This document shows, piece after piece, positions 27,601 through 40,094 of a stretch of 64,000 nt of DNA (position 1 is the stretch's first letter; the number at the start of each line of letters is the position of its first letter). Below the pieces are notes generated by a model. It was not told the DNA's origin. It saw only the letters and a list, made by a program, of their open reading frames with translations, and ran no database searches. The DNA is from Isurus oxyrinchus. Lineage: Eukaryota. Location of the stretch: assembly GCA_026770705.1 (NCBI GenBank), contig JANJGN010000026.1, positions 33,046,001-33,110,000 on the forward strand, written 5' to 3'. Both the position numbers and the translations under genes were made by a program.

Positions 27601-29944
27601 AGCCAGTAGGAGGCAGTGGTTAGAGAATAACACCGGCTTGACGTCGGTGGATCTGACTGTGAATGCACGGGACCCAAAGAGGAAATCTATCCTGGAACAG
27701 ATGGACCCGTCAGGCTGCGACCAGGTGTATATATGCTGCACGCTGTCTGCAGGGTTGCTGAAGACGTTGTGCAGCTTGGCATCCTTTACTGTTTCCATCA
27801 GGCATCTGGATGTCGCATCCAATCTGCTGTCAGCCCTGCTGGATCGTCCAGCCACATCGATGATGCAGTTGAAGTCACCGCCCAGAATGACCAGCCTGGA
27901 GGTCGCCAGCAGCAGTGGGAGCTGCTGAAAAACCTCCAGCCGCTCAGCCCCTTGTGATGGTTGTAATTAACCAGAGTGGAGCATTCTTATACATTACGTC
28001 TGCTACGAGGAGGCACCCGCCCACCACCTCCTTAACCTGGGAGACGGTGAAGCTGTCTCCCCGCAGCAGAATCCCCAGGCCGGAGGAACGAGAGTCGTTT
28101 CCTCCCGACCAGATCGATGGCCCATGTGACCACCATCGTGACCATTGCCTGTAGGAGCTGAGGTGCGGTATCGCACACTCCTGCAGAAACAACAGGTCAG
28201 CTTTGACCTTGGCAAGGTAATCCAAGGTCGCAACACATCGCGTAGTAGATATAATGCTACGCACATTTATGGATACAATCTTTACACCCATTTTAAAGCA
28301 GTTAGTCGCTTACCAAACCCGTTGTATTTGAGAGTTCCAGACCATTGGTCTGCTCCTTCATGCCCGTAGTGTGCTCAGATTGCTTCACTTGGGATGGGCT
28401 GAGGAAAGCGTCCTGAACCTTTCCATTGGAGATGTTCTGCTCGGGTGGCATCTGGAGGTCCATGCATTAAGCGGGGTTTGAAATGTCCTCTGTTGGAGAA
28501 GCTTCTCCAATCCTCTCCGCCTCTGGGGCGTTGCTGCTCCCAGCTTCCCGGAGCTGGGGTGCATTGAGCGCCTCACTGTTCCCAGATTCCTGGGGTTGTG
28601 GTGCACTGGCCTCTTCGGGTTGTGGGCAAAGTTGGGGTGCGCTGGTCTCTTCATTGTCTCCAATGTTCTGGAGCTCGGGTGTCTCATCCTCCAACTCCCT
28701 AGCGTTTTGCCGCTTCTTCTGTTGGCGCCGCCCTGGCCCTTCTTCGTCCAAAGAGCTGCTGCTCTTGTCATCCGTGTCGGATAGGAGACGCCTCTTGACT
28801 CTTGTCTGGGAAGTGGCTTGGTTTCTTTTTAGCCCCTTCTTCCTTTTGGCTCTCTTCACCAGCTGCCACTCCCCCTGCTGCTTTCCCACTGCTGCCTCCT
28901 CCTCCTCCTGGATTCGCTCTCCTGAGGAGTGGGAGGTTCAGGGGGCAGTGCTGTTGGTTGGCCGTCTGTTGCCCCAATCTTTTCCTCCACCTTGTCTCTC
29001 TCTGTGTCCTCCTTTGTCCCGTTGTTCTCCCTGGGGGCCTTGGTGGTTGGAATGACGTGAGGCATTTCATCTGCTTCCCCCTCGTTGGCTTTAGCTGCCT
29101 GTGCGTAAGTAAGGCAACGTTTGGGGCAGGTCTTGTAGAGGTGACTTGCCTCACCACACAGGTTGCAGCACTTAGCCAGTTTACAATCTTTTGTCTGGTG
29201 CCCTTCCTTTTTGCAGTTCTTGTAGAGGGCGGCACTGCAGTTGGCCACCACATGACCAGACTTGCCGCATGAGCTAGAAAGTTTGGGTTGCCCAGCATAG
29301 ACAAGGTACCCATGGCTTCTCCCGATAGCAAATCTGGAAGTGGGGTGGAAACTGGCTCCCTTACCGTCGGTCTTGAGCATTACATTAACGTGGCGTTTAC
29401 ATGTCCAGATCCCCAAATTATCTTTAACCTCAGTGCAGCTCCCAACCTTATCGAAGTACCTGATAAGGAAGGTGAGCACGTCAGCGACAGGGACGTAGGG
29501 GTTGTACAGATGCACCGTTGCAACCCGTTCTCGTTGCAACGGTAGAGCAAAGAGCGGCTCCGCTGTCAGGATTTTCATTTCTGGCAGGTCTTCCTTTTCC
29601 TCAAACACCTTCAGGAGTTTGACACAAGCTGCCACTTGCTTGAAGGTCACATTAAAGAAACCAGCGCTGGGGAAATCCTGTAGGCAGTAGATCTCCACAG
29701 CCTCAAAACCACACAGCTTGAATAGGATCCTCTTGGTGAAGAAGGTCCTATCCATTCCTGTTCCTTGCTCGCTGCCCTTCACCATGACTCAGATGGTGTT
29801 AGGTACCCCATGGTAAGGGGTTTGACTGGTTATAGCCATTGCTCTTTCCCTGGCAGAAACGCAATGAATGTCTCTCCCTTGCCAGGTAAGTATCCAAAAA
29901 TTGCAAGAAAAAAGAGCACACAACGCCAGGGTATAAGGTATAAG
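24664..29944 (-). mobile_element. Full-length Tx1/L1-clade LINE (ORF1 with CCHC knuckles; ORF2 with APE, RT and C-terminal Cys/His motif), inactivated
   Basis: ORF1 CGKSGHVVANC/CKKEGHQTKDC/CNLCGEASHLYKTC; ORF2 SINVR, FLQEC, GVRQGCPLSP, YMDD, CPRGGCGGEGTIVHLLIDC; AATAAA and short poly(A); exact 17-bp TSD gtccatcacgaattgcc at 24647-24663 and 29945-29961; several frameshifts and stops. Confidence 0.92.
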
Positions 29945-31699
29945 GTCCATCACGAATTGCCTTTCAGAGGGTGGTGGCGAGCCGCTACCTACCGTTTGAG
30001 TGGTTTTCTGGGTCATTTCAGAAGGCCGTTAATGTTCAACCACATTGTTGTGGATCTGGAATCATATCTCAGCCGGAGTAGATGTCCTTCCCTGAAGAAC
30101 GTTAGTGAACCGGGTAAACTTTATTGTGATGATCTTGTACTTGCCTGATCACTATTTCTGGCACTTCAACTTTATTCCAGAGTTATTTATTATCTCCATT
30201 TAAATTAATTAGTAGAATTAGAATTGCAACTCATGTCATTGTCTCAGGCCTCTGGATCATTAATCCAGTGACGTAAGCATGAGCTTCCACTCGCGGAACA
30301 TAACCTGGTTGGCATGAAAGGTCTATGTTAAATTGTACATTCCTTTTCTCAGCCACAACAAATTTTTTGCAAACACGACTGATCTCGGTTATCTACTGGG
30401 GATTTTGTCATGTATGAAACAACACAACAGCATTTCCTTCCTCGCTCAACCAGCTCTGGCCAGAGAAAAATGTTTCAGAACTCAGAGTAGCAAAACCATT
30501 AGAACAAAGTAGCGGTGCCTCAGTAAGATACGATACAAAAAGTAAATATTCACCTGGTTTTCTCATGAAAGCGATAAAGAACAGAAACATAACTACTTAT
30601 GTTAACTTACTCGGTAAGTATAATCATTGACTTTGTAATTAAAAATATTTGACACCAGTGATTATTTTGATCAGATCTCCGCATTCATTTTTAGACTTCA
30701 TTTAGTTCATAACTTCATGGCTTTCGTTGTAACAGCAAACCCATAAAGAGACAAATTAAAGGGCAATTTTAGCGCAGAATGGGAAATAGTGATTGATTGG
30801 CTTAATGTAAAGGAGCCCAAACTCAAAGGGAAGATCACTATATTGACTCTAAACTATTAATTCAGTAGCCTTGGGCGAGTATTTCAAAGACATACAAACA
30901 TACGAATCAGGAGCAGAGACAGGCCATTCGGCCCCTCTAGCCTGCTTCGTTATTCAATAAGATCTTGGCTGATTTGAGCATGGCCACAGCTCCACACTCC
31001 CACCTGCACTCGATACCCTTTGACTTCCATGGGGCAGGAACCGTTTTTAGGCTGGATCGAATGAGCTGACAGTTTTACACTTGGTCCGATTTCCAAGCCT
31101 CCGATGTCAATGGGACAGAGGACTGCATCGAGTGTAAAACTGGCAGCCAGCTTGCTTCACAGCTCAAGATCAATTTCACACCTCAACCATTTCAGGTAGG
31201 TGAATCTTAACTTCAGGCAGAAATGTGAAATGGCTGTTAATGAATCTGCAGCTCATTCCACATCCGTCCAGAATTGTAATTCACCTGAAAACAATGGAAC
31301 CATAATTCAAGGCACATATAACAACGGCAATTGCCATTTTTAGACTAACACAAAATCAAAATCTACCTAAAGTTGGTATCGTTAGATATGTATTCTTCAG
31401 TTACTCACTTGTAGAAGGATATCCGTGAACTATCGATTTCGAAAAGGTTACCAGAATATTACTTTTTAGAAATCAATCTAGCAACCTGTGCAGCCTTCGC
31501 ATGGGATGGTGGAAAGGAATAGACGCAGAGTTTTGGGTTTTTCAGAGACTTAATTATTAATGCTTGAGTTTAAAACAAAGGAATATTAAAACGGTGGAAA
31601 GTTTGTATATCCCTGATCAAATGAGTTTAAAGAAATGCCTGAAGATGACTATATCACAATTTTTAATTGTCATTGACAGAACCAGCTTCATACAACAGT

Positions 31700-32065
31700 G
31701 ATAAAAACAAAAAAAATTGCGGATGCTGGAAATCCAAAACAAAAACAAAAATACCTGGAAAAACTCAGCAGGTCTGGCAGCATTGACGGAGAAAAATAAA
31801 GCTGACCCTTCAACAGAACTGAGTAAAATTAGGAGATGGGTGAAATATAAGCTGGTTTAAGGTGGGGGTGGGGGGGAGTAGGGGGAGAGATGTGGTGGGG
31901 GTGGTTGTAGGGACAAGCAAGCAGTGAACAAGGCAAAAGAGAGATACGAAAATCCTGTCGGAGAGAAGAGCAGTACTTGTTCAAGGTAGGCATTTCTTGA
32001 AGAGAAGTGGCAGTCAATTAAACACAGAGATAAAAACAAAAAACTGCGGATGCTGGAAATCCATA
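31700..32065 (+). mobile_element. Penelope-related terminal fragment with duplicated start
   Basis: gataaaaacaaaaaaa..gcggatgctggaaatcca occurs at about 31701 and 32029; homologous to the start of 54175. Confidence 0.5.
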
Positions 32066-32096
32066 AAACAGTGCTTTGTCCAATTGATGGTTTAGC

Positions 32097-32166
32097 CCGG
32101 AACTCCAATAGCAGCAAGAATTGGATAGTAAATGGCATAAACTACACCAGATATTCGGCCATGCAT
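32097..32166 (-). CDS. GPR139-like GPCR, exon 1
   Basis: MHGRISGVVYAIYYPILAAIGVP plus 1 nt; phase 1 matches exon 2; donor reads GC (G|GCTAAA) rather than GT. Confidence 0.75.
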
Positions 32167-34482
32167 TTTCCGAGAAGAGATGTTCTCTGCCCCTGATAGT
32201 TGATGACAGAGATTCTCTGTGTTATTTATACTGTTGGAATTCTACAGAGAGACAATTAGCTTCCATAATTATTTACAGTTACCCGAACAAATAGATTCAG
32301 CAATTATTTTTCATGTTATTTTTGGGAGGTAGTAGAATGTTGGGAGACACTTGGGAGACGATTATCGAGTCTTGATGCCTCATGCAACCCAATGTAGTTT
32401 TGAATGTAACTTGTTAGTGCTTGCGCAGATCTAAAATATGCTTAGTTATGTGGAATGTTCATTTATGGGAGACACTGAAAGAAACATTGTTAGCTATTAG
32501 GCCGAAGCCAGCATAGCTCAGTGACGTGAGACCACGTAAGAATCAGAATGACAGTGACAGTCAAATTGCAAGTTATACCACACAATGGAAGTTATATCCA
32601 CACAATGCAAGTTATGCCAGCAGCAGCCAAGGAATATCCACACAACACAAAGCTTAATCTCACAACATCAACACGCATTTACACACGTTTAACATGTATT
32701 ATAACATTTTAAAACATTTTAAATGTTACCAAGCGCCTTACACGGGCACAATAAAATAAAATTGTGATTAAGTCACATAAAGAAATATTAGGATATTTTT
32801 GTATCAGTCCTAGGCTCCTTGATTCTGACGTTAGGCTCTTTTTCTGTGAATGTTTTAATGGATCCACATTATTTTACACTTCCTCTTTGATTATTACACT
32901 AGGCTCTGTCTCTGTTAGTATTCATCCTAATTATTGTTGTATTCCCAAGTCCATATACTGTGCTTTAAGAGGATACAGCGATAAACAAGATCCAGAATGT
33001 GTTTACTACAACAACATTGCATTGAATTGATGGCAAGTACTCCTCGAAAACTATTGTATCTGCATTACGTGTTGACTGTACGAAATCGTTGTTAGTAATT
33101 AAAAATAAGCAATTGATGTTGAGCCACCTGACTGAATCAATGCATTAAAAAATGTTACTTTCTTCCGATCCATATTTTAACCACTAATCATCCCTCCTAA
33201 ATACTAAACTTAGCCAAACAGCTCGAAACCCTTTAAGAACTGTGGTTTTATCCCTCTTCCAAGGACCGGGTCAAAAGTTACACGATTTACAAGCCGGGCG
33301 TTTTAATGCTGGGCGGAGCCTAAAAATACGCCGTCACCTCCTGACCCCGGATCAAGGGAGAAAGAGCCAATCACCGTGCTGTTATCCTGCTGACAATATT
33401 TTGCCCTGAGCCATTGAAAACCGGATGCCAGGTTTCTGTGACAGACAGTCGGCCCTGTATGTGAGTGTGTGATACAGCAGGCTGTGCATATCTGACGTGT
33501 TTGTAGGTAAAAAGGCTCGATTTATACGAAACATTATATAAACATTCGGTCTTAATGGACAAAATTGATCGTTTGTCCAGCCGCGAAGGACGATTTTCGC
33601 AGACTGCCGCCCGCACAACCTGTGCCACAGAAAGGGGCCTTCCCAGGCGCATTGAATTGTTGCAGCCGCTTCTTTCCACGCCCCATTCACCAAGGAAGCG
33701 AATCGAAAACCAACCTCCTGTTCTTTTTCTCTGCCCTTCCACCTATAGAAACTGTTTATTTTGATCTACTCAGCCCAGGGCCACATGATTTTGAGCACCT
33801 CTATCAGATCTACCCTGAACCTTCCATTTTCCATGGACAACAAACCCAGTTTCCCCAATCTATACAATTAACTGAAGTCCTGCATCCCTGGGACGATTCT
33901 GGTAAACTTCTCTGCGCCCTTTCTAAACCATTCACATCCCTCCTAAAGTGCGATGCCCGAAGTGGACATAATGCTCCAGTTGAGGGGTAATCAGTACTTT
34001 CCAGGGGAACAGTAGTATTCCTTTGCATTTGGACTCTATGCCACTGTTATGATGCCGATAATCCCGGATGTTTTAGCATTATTTCTCAGGCTGTTAGGCC
34101 ACCTTCAACCATTTATGTCAAAATAGTGCACATCGCTTGTTCAAGAATGGATAATTGAAAGAATTTTTTTGGCAGGGGTATTGTCGGCGGCTCGAAGTAT
34201 AAAAATATTAAAGGCTCTGCGGAGCCAGAAAGAATGTGCGAACTTGATGTCTTTAACGATTTTATTCTGTGCTACAAAATTATAAAGTCAATTGAAAATA
34301 CATTCGTGGAGTGATTCCCTCCCCCCACTACCCTTCTGTGTGTGTATGTGTGTGTGTTTATGTATGTGGTGTGTGTATGTATGTGTGTGTGTGTGCTCCT
34401 TTCAATTTAAACCCGAAAGTTGACAATTATTTGAACTCTTTCCGTGCCTTCCATTACTGTGTCTATAATCCCACCATGTTCA

Positions 34483-34756
34483 GGTTTTTGTACAGCTCTC
34501 TCCGTGCTCTGTATCACTGTGTGTCTGTTATCCCACCATGTTCAGGATTTTGTGCAGATCTCTCCGTGCTCTGTATCACTGTGTGTCTGTAATCCAACCA
34601 TGTTCAGGTTTTTGTACATCTCTCTCAGTGCTCTCTATCACTGTGTGTCTGTAATCCCAGCATGTTAAGTTTTTGTACAGCGCCCTCCGGTTTCTGTATC
34701 ACTGTGCATCATGCTGAGGTTTTTGTACAACTCTCTCCGTGCTCTATATCACTGTG
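34483..34756 (-). repeat. Tandem array of five complete 23-RSS
   Basis: Plus-strand nonamer/heptamer starts 34483/34515, 34545/34577, 34607/34639, 34668/34700, 34718/34750; each reads CACAGTG-23-ACAAAAACC-like on the minus strand; degenerate sixth unit near 34426-34461. Confidence 0.93.
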
Positions 34757-35028
34757 CTGTGCGCCAACTCAGTTCACAGTGATAAACTGCGGAGTCGCTC
34801 AATTGTAATTTGGAGATCTTCAACTGGCTGATTTTCTCCCCCAGGCAGCATTTTCTTTATTCTCCTCTCCTGAAATGTGTCCCTAAAGCAGATATTCCAG
34901 AGCCTGTCCTGGGGACTGACGGTACCAGCGTACTGTGCAGAACCCTGAATATTCCATGTTTAAAGTAACGGTGTCACCGATGGCAGAGATTTCTAGAGGC
35001 GAAATCCGGGAAATTATGGAACTGGAAT
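34757..35028 (-). pseudogene. Leaderless supporting TCR-delta V of NAR-TCR cassette 1
   Basis: Acceptor tcctccag; DSSSIIS...GDTVTLNMEYSGFCTVRWYRQSPGQALEYLL-stop...SQLKISKLQLSDSAVYHCELS; CDR1 Cys; first canonical Cys lost; stop and FR3 deletion/frameshift; followed by 23-RSS. Confidence 0.85.
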
Positions 35029-37959
35029 CTGGAGGATAAAAAAATGAACACAGCCAATATTTGTCCAGGAGAATTTGTCAATCGCGTGAATAGCTCTGCT
35101 TTTTGCAGTAATTTTATTTGCTGGAAGCCTATTTGAACCTTGTTCACTGTTATGAAAATATGACCAAATGGGGAATTAGGTGATGTTTTATTTTACATCG
35201 CGAGTTCTTCCGATCAGGACTGCACTGTCTGAATTGGTGTTGGGGATAGATTCAATAGTAACTTTCAAACGGGTAATGGGTCTGTGCTAGAAATGTAAAT
35301 ACAAATATAGAGCAAGGAGAAAATTCATGGGCAGTGGGAACAATTGTATTACACTTTTAAAGGGTCAGTGCCTACACGATGGGCCGAATGTCATCCTTCC
35401 GTGCTGGATAATTCTATGAATTATATTACATTCCGGTTTCTACTTTCCTTGGTGAGACACATAGCTGGGGGAGCATTTTATGATCAGTGAGTCAATCAAT
35501 TTCCAAAAAAAACATGTTTGTTGTAGAGAAACACAGCTGTGTGGCATCACTGCGCACAGCAAGATCCAACACAAACTGACGGGATTCATCAGCACCGATC
35601 GGGCCAAACCGTGAGTGAGCATCTCTTGTGGTGAAAGGTCAATCATTTACTGTGGTTTAAAACGGCTCGGGAATTTCTATCTGCCATTTGTTCTATTTCT
35701 ATATATTCTATCAATAGGGTCCACTTTTCTCCAGTTCAGCTTAATTTCGAACACATGCAATTAATTTCATTTTATTTCTTTAAGTTCACATTCCTTTTAT
35801 TTCACGTTAATTTTGTGCTGCTTGTGCTTTTTGCAATCGTGGGAACTTGTCCCAAATTCTCACAGTTGTCGGTTGGGCTCAGTCTGTTCAGTTTCCGCAG
35901 CGATTTTAACTGTTACTCACTGGGAACTGCCTCTTCTGGCTCTCTGACAATTTCAATTCCTTCCGCCCATTGGTTGATTCTCTCCTGGGTTCACTGGGCG
36001 GAGTTCTCTCTCAATTTTACATTATAGAGGAAGAAGAATGCAAAAGAGGAATGGGCCATTCAGCCTTTGTATATAATCAATTCCAGCTTGACCTCACCAG
36101 TAACCTAACTGACCATTTCCATCCAGCTCCCTGTGTTGGTCTGTTCCGTTCTCCCTCCTGAAATTTCAAGTGTTCCAATAAATATATCAATACTATCTGC
36201 CCCGACCTCTCCCTGTGGCAGCAAGTTCCACATTCTAACCTGCCTTTGTTTAAATTCATTTGTCTTAAATGTTTTATTTGTTCTGTTAGTTACTGTCATA
36301 TGTTGACAGCTATTGCTTTGCACCTCAGCCACAAATGAACAATTTCTCCACCATAAAACAGTTCATGATTCAAAAGATTTCTATGGATTCTCCTCTTGGT
36401 TCTGTTTTCCAGAAAAAAGAGACCCAGCCTGTTCAATCTTCGCAAAGAGATGTGGATTGTTGCTGATTTCTTTTCTCAGCAGTGTAAAAAATCAAAGCAG
36501 AGAATCCAATCAATAGAAACAGGAGCCCCCATATCACCTTTCAAACCTGCTCAGCCATTCAGGAATATCCTGGCAGATTTATAACCTCAACGTCACATTC
36601 CCCCACTCTCCCCATATCCCTGATCTTTTAGTGTCCGCAAACCTATCAAATATTGTCTTCAAAGCAAACAGATACTGAACATCCACAGCCCTCTGAGTTA
36701 CAGAATACCACAGATTCACAACAATGGTTCTACTGAAGATGCTTTTTTCCTTCTCAGTTCTAATGGATGACTCTTTACTCTGAAGCTGTGACCCCGAGTT
36801 CTATACTCCTCAGTCTGGGGAGACACCGACCCAGAATCTCCCCTGTCAAAACCCTTCAGTATATTGTATGTTTTCATGAGATCACCTCTCATTCTTCTAA
36901 CTCTAGGAAATATAGACAGAGACGACTAAATCTCTTCCCATTGGACAATCCCTTCATCTCAGGAATCAGTCTGATGAAACATTGTTACACTCCTTCCAAT
37001 GCAGATTGATCTCTCTTCTGTAAGGAGAACAAAACTTTACACAGCATTCCGGACTGGAGTCCATTTCAATCCTTCCCTCCATAAACCTCGTCCAACAGCT
37101 TGGGGTCGGATTGTACTTTAAAAGGCGCCCAGAAATCATTCAATCCTTCCCTCCCGTTCGATTCCTTATTTCTTGCTGGTTCTCAATGAACATTCCCACA
37201 GTTTCCTTCTGTCCCTATTCTCCTTTATAAGATTAATGCATTACCCTGAGTCGCTCACTGCACTGTGCTGTTTCAATTCCCAGTAATCAGGGATACAGAT
37301 AAATTATAGCAATCCCATCTCTCAAACATCTACATTCAATATAGAGAAGTGTCTGCAGATCCAAACTTTCACATTTCAGTCTGAGGGCGGAAAAGCAGGA
37401 AAGTGATTCGTTTTGTGAAGACAATTGAAAGAAATGGCAGGCAGAATGTTACTAATTTCAGTCATTGATTGTCCAAAAATAAAATTCCACCTGGACCTAC
37501 ATCAGGGTCTTATTTCTGAAGTCCTTGGTGTCACTCTCCCGTTTTTCTCCCGGGTCAGGTACTGAACGAGCCGCTGCAGGTATCCGAACTGGCCGAATTT
37601 GTGTTGAGTTTATTCACCCGGTGCCTCATTCACATTGCGCGGCTTGGACTGCAATCTGCTACCCAGGAGAGAGCTCTGTGACCCCGCTCCCGAGCTCTAA
37701 GGGACAGACAGAGTTCCCTCGGTCACAGTTAACACTGGGTGTGGAGTCCGGATTGTCAACAATCTGCGCTCATTAAAAGCGATTCAGCGTCTGAGGGTCC
37801 ATGATGTTGATATTGTCCCCGATGTGCCCGTTAAACCAATAATGGCCCAGAATCCATCAACTCCCACATCCCACCCAAACTCCACTGATATCAATAATAA
37901 ACTGTCTGTGAACATTACCCGGGACAGTCTGTAAGCCGGCGGGGTTTGGAGTCACTTAC

Positions 37960-38051
37960 CAGCTGTGACAGTCACCAACGTCCCGGATCCATCCACATAT
38001 TTAATACATCACCACAGTGACACCGCTCTCAGTCTCCCCGGTACAACAACC
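37960..38051 (-). other. NAR-TCR J segment with 5' 23-RSS, cassette 1
   Basis: J 37960-38012 encodes (stop)CIKYVDGSGTLVTVTA with G|GTAAGT donor; heptamer 38013-38019, 23-bp spacer, nonamer ACAACAACC 38043-38051. Confidence 0.88.
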
Positions 38052-38366
38052 GCCGACACCTCACCCTGCCGGGAAATCATCATCAGACAGTAGAAACTTC
38101 CCAATTATTCAGCGGATTTAAATAATTAAACAATATTCAACGTTCCAAAGTCTCTGTTGGGTCAAACTGTTCTTTGTGAGGCCCTGAGCTCTGAGTATAT
38201 GGTGCCCGGAACGAGATGTTCGCTTCATGTAAACCGACAAAAATAACAAAGAAAGATAACTGAATGGTGGAAATTAAAATCAAATGTAACCAGATTCCAT
38301 TGATAATAGCATTTACCCGACAATTCACTATCCGAGCCCGGAGAATTTATATTTAAATCATACAGA

Positions 38367-38439
38367 GGTATTTGCTCAGGTCTCTCCTATTGTGACTCCC
38401 TCACCCATCCATACAGTGTTACAAGTCAGTATAACGTCC
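38367..38439 (-). other. NAR-TCR D segment flanked by two 12-RSS, cassette 1
   Basis: D core TGGATGGGTGAGGGAGT (38395-38411); J-facing CACAATA-12-GCAAATACC; V-facing TACAGTG-12-ATAACGTCC (degenerate, CAC lost). Confidence 0.75.
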
Positions 38440-38759
38440 CCCGGGTACTTGGGGAGATTTGGGGACATTAGTTAAACAGCAGGGACTGCGGTTCCCTGTA
38501 CCAGCTGTTAGACCAGGTTTGTAACTGGGATCAGTCGTTCCCAATCCTCACTCACTGACACCAATCCCGGGAAAAATATCACCATCCGCACACACTCGGC
38601 ATTTATAACACTCAAGATGTTAACAGCAATAATCCAATCTCATTATAAACTAGACTGTGGGGCAGACGGTCCTGTGGGGGAACTGAAGCGGAACTGTGGG
38701 GGTTTAACTGCAGACTTCACTCCACTTTTCCATTTGTTTCTGTGACAATCTGCAGTGAG

Positions 38760-39233
38760 AGTTTTTGTATCGCGGGAAGCCGAGGCCCATCACTGTGTAT
38801 CAATAGTATTGAGCTTTACAGTAATAGGTGGCGGTGTCTTCAACTCTCACATCCCGAATTTCCAGAGAAAATGTCTTTTCTACTTTATTCACCGACGCAA
38901 CAATTCTCCCCGCGCTGTGGATCGGCTCCCACAATGTCCCGGGTTTGTCTGAAGAAATGCCCATTTTTAAAATAATAATAATTATCATTGAAAACACAGG
39001 TGATGGTGAGAGACTGACACTCCTTCCTGGTCACCGCTGCCGGGGTCTGTACCACTGACTGACTGAAAGAGCCTGGAAATTAAACAGAGTTTAATGGAGC
39101 ATCAGAGCCGAACCACAGAACTGGTTTAAAACCCCGGACAGTGTCTGTATTTGAGATGGATACGGACAGTTTTGTTTGATCTGCATTCACGGGGTAAACA
39201 GACATACAGAGTGAAAAGAAGGAGGATTCCCAT
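38760..39233 (-). pseudogene. NAR-TCR V (IgNAR-like V) with leader and RSS, cassette 1
   Basis: Leader 39191-39233 MGILLLFTLYVCLP; V exon 38798-39072 QSVVQTPAAVTRKECQSLTITCVF...FFRQT / SVNKVEKTFSLEIRDVRVEDTATYYCKAQYY; short FR2-CDR2 region; extra FR1 Cys; 5-nt deletion versus copy 2 causes a frameshift; CACAGTG-22-ACAAAAACT. Confidence 0.9.
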
Positions 39234-40094
39234 CTGCCTGGAGCTGAGGGTTTATATGACGGGGAGCTGGAGCCTGCAGCCTTGGACTGCACTGGGAGAC
39301 CGGATCTCAGAGCTGGACTGAAATACTTTAGGGGAATCGAGTTAATTTGCACAGGGCAGTTTCGCTGAGATTATTGATGGGCCGCATGGTTCCCGGATAG
39401 CTGGCTAAGTGTTGTGGAAATAAGAGACAGTTGTATAAAAGGAAACTGCAACTTTCTGACCTTTCGTTTGGATAGTGATCCGGATGTGAAAGCCCCTCCC
39501 ACAATACTCTGGTGTACAGGGTTGGGGGAGGGGAGCTTTACTTTCTGCCAGTTGTGCTGCCGCCTTCCTTGCCCCACAGTGGTGAACTGGGAGGTCGGTG
39601 CATGTCTTTGTATTGGGTGGTGTTTGTTAAAGGCCCAGGACACCAAGAGAAACCCCCCGACCCACTCTTACTCCAACATTCCGGAGATTCTCCCTGTCAT
39701 TTAGCCAAATGCATCCTGCACCAGCCCTGCGATGGGTTACATGTAAAATGGCGTTTAATTTCAGCCATGTTTGACTTCCAGATTGGGAAAATTCAGAATT
39801 TCTGTTAGCAGTAAGTGAGATGGAAACGGCACTCGGGAGGACAACAGACCTTGGGGGGCTTTCTTCTTGGGGCTCTCTTTAAAGATGACATCACAACATT
39901 CTGTTCTGAAAACTGTTTCTGGTGTATGATTATCTCTCAACCAGCAACAGCAATACTCAATCAAATAAACCCCGTGACAAGGCCGAGGTCAGAGGCTTCA
40001 CGAAGCTGACACCGGAGTTCGGGAAAAAGCTGCTCAACGTTGCGGGCAGGTACGGAAATGCCATTAAAAGGCGAAACGGAAATTAAGAACTGCA

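Noticed and set aside
24873-29055. Long plus-strand ORFs over the LINE
   Set aside because: Antisense shadows of ORF1 and ORF2
28856-29785. Host ZCCHC3-like gene
   Set aside because: It is ORF1 of the TSD-bounded LINE and has an upstream in-frame stop
34483-34756. CRISPR-like array, or plus-strand RSS using the 23/22/11-bp linkers as spacers
   Set aside because: Vertebrate DNA with no cas genes and the inter-repeat segments are homologous rather than unique; on the plus strand the nonamer after each linker is in the wrong orientation
38798-39072. IgNAR antibody cluster
   Set aside because: Only one D is seen, J is followed by a TCR-type V rather than constant exons, and the FR1 Cys fits NAR-TCR
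39251-39256. TATAAA upstream of the V leader (also in copy 2)
   Set aside because: Only about 18 bp from the ATG in copy 1, too close for a conventional TATA box; cannot be supported
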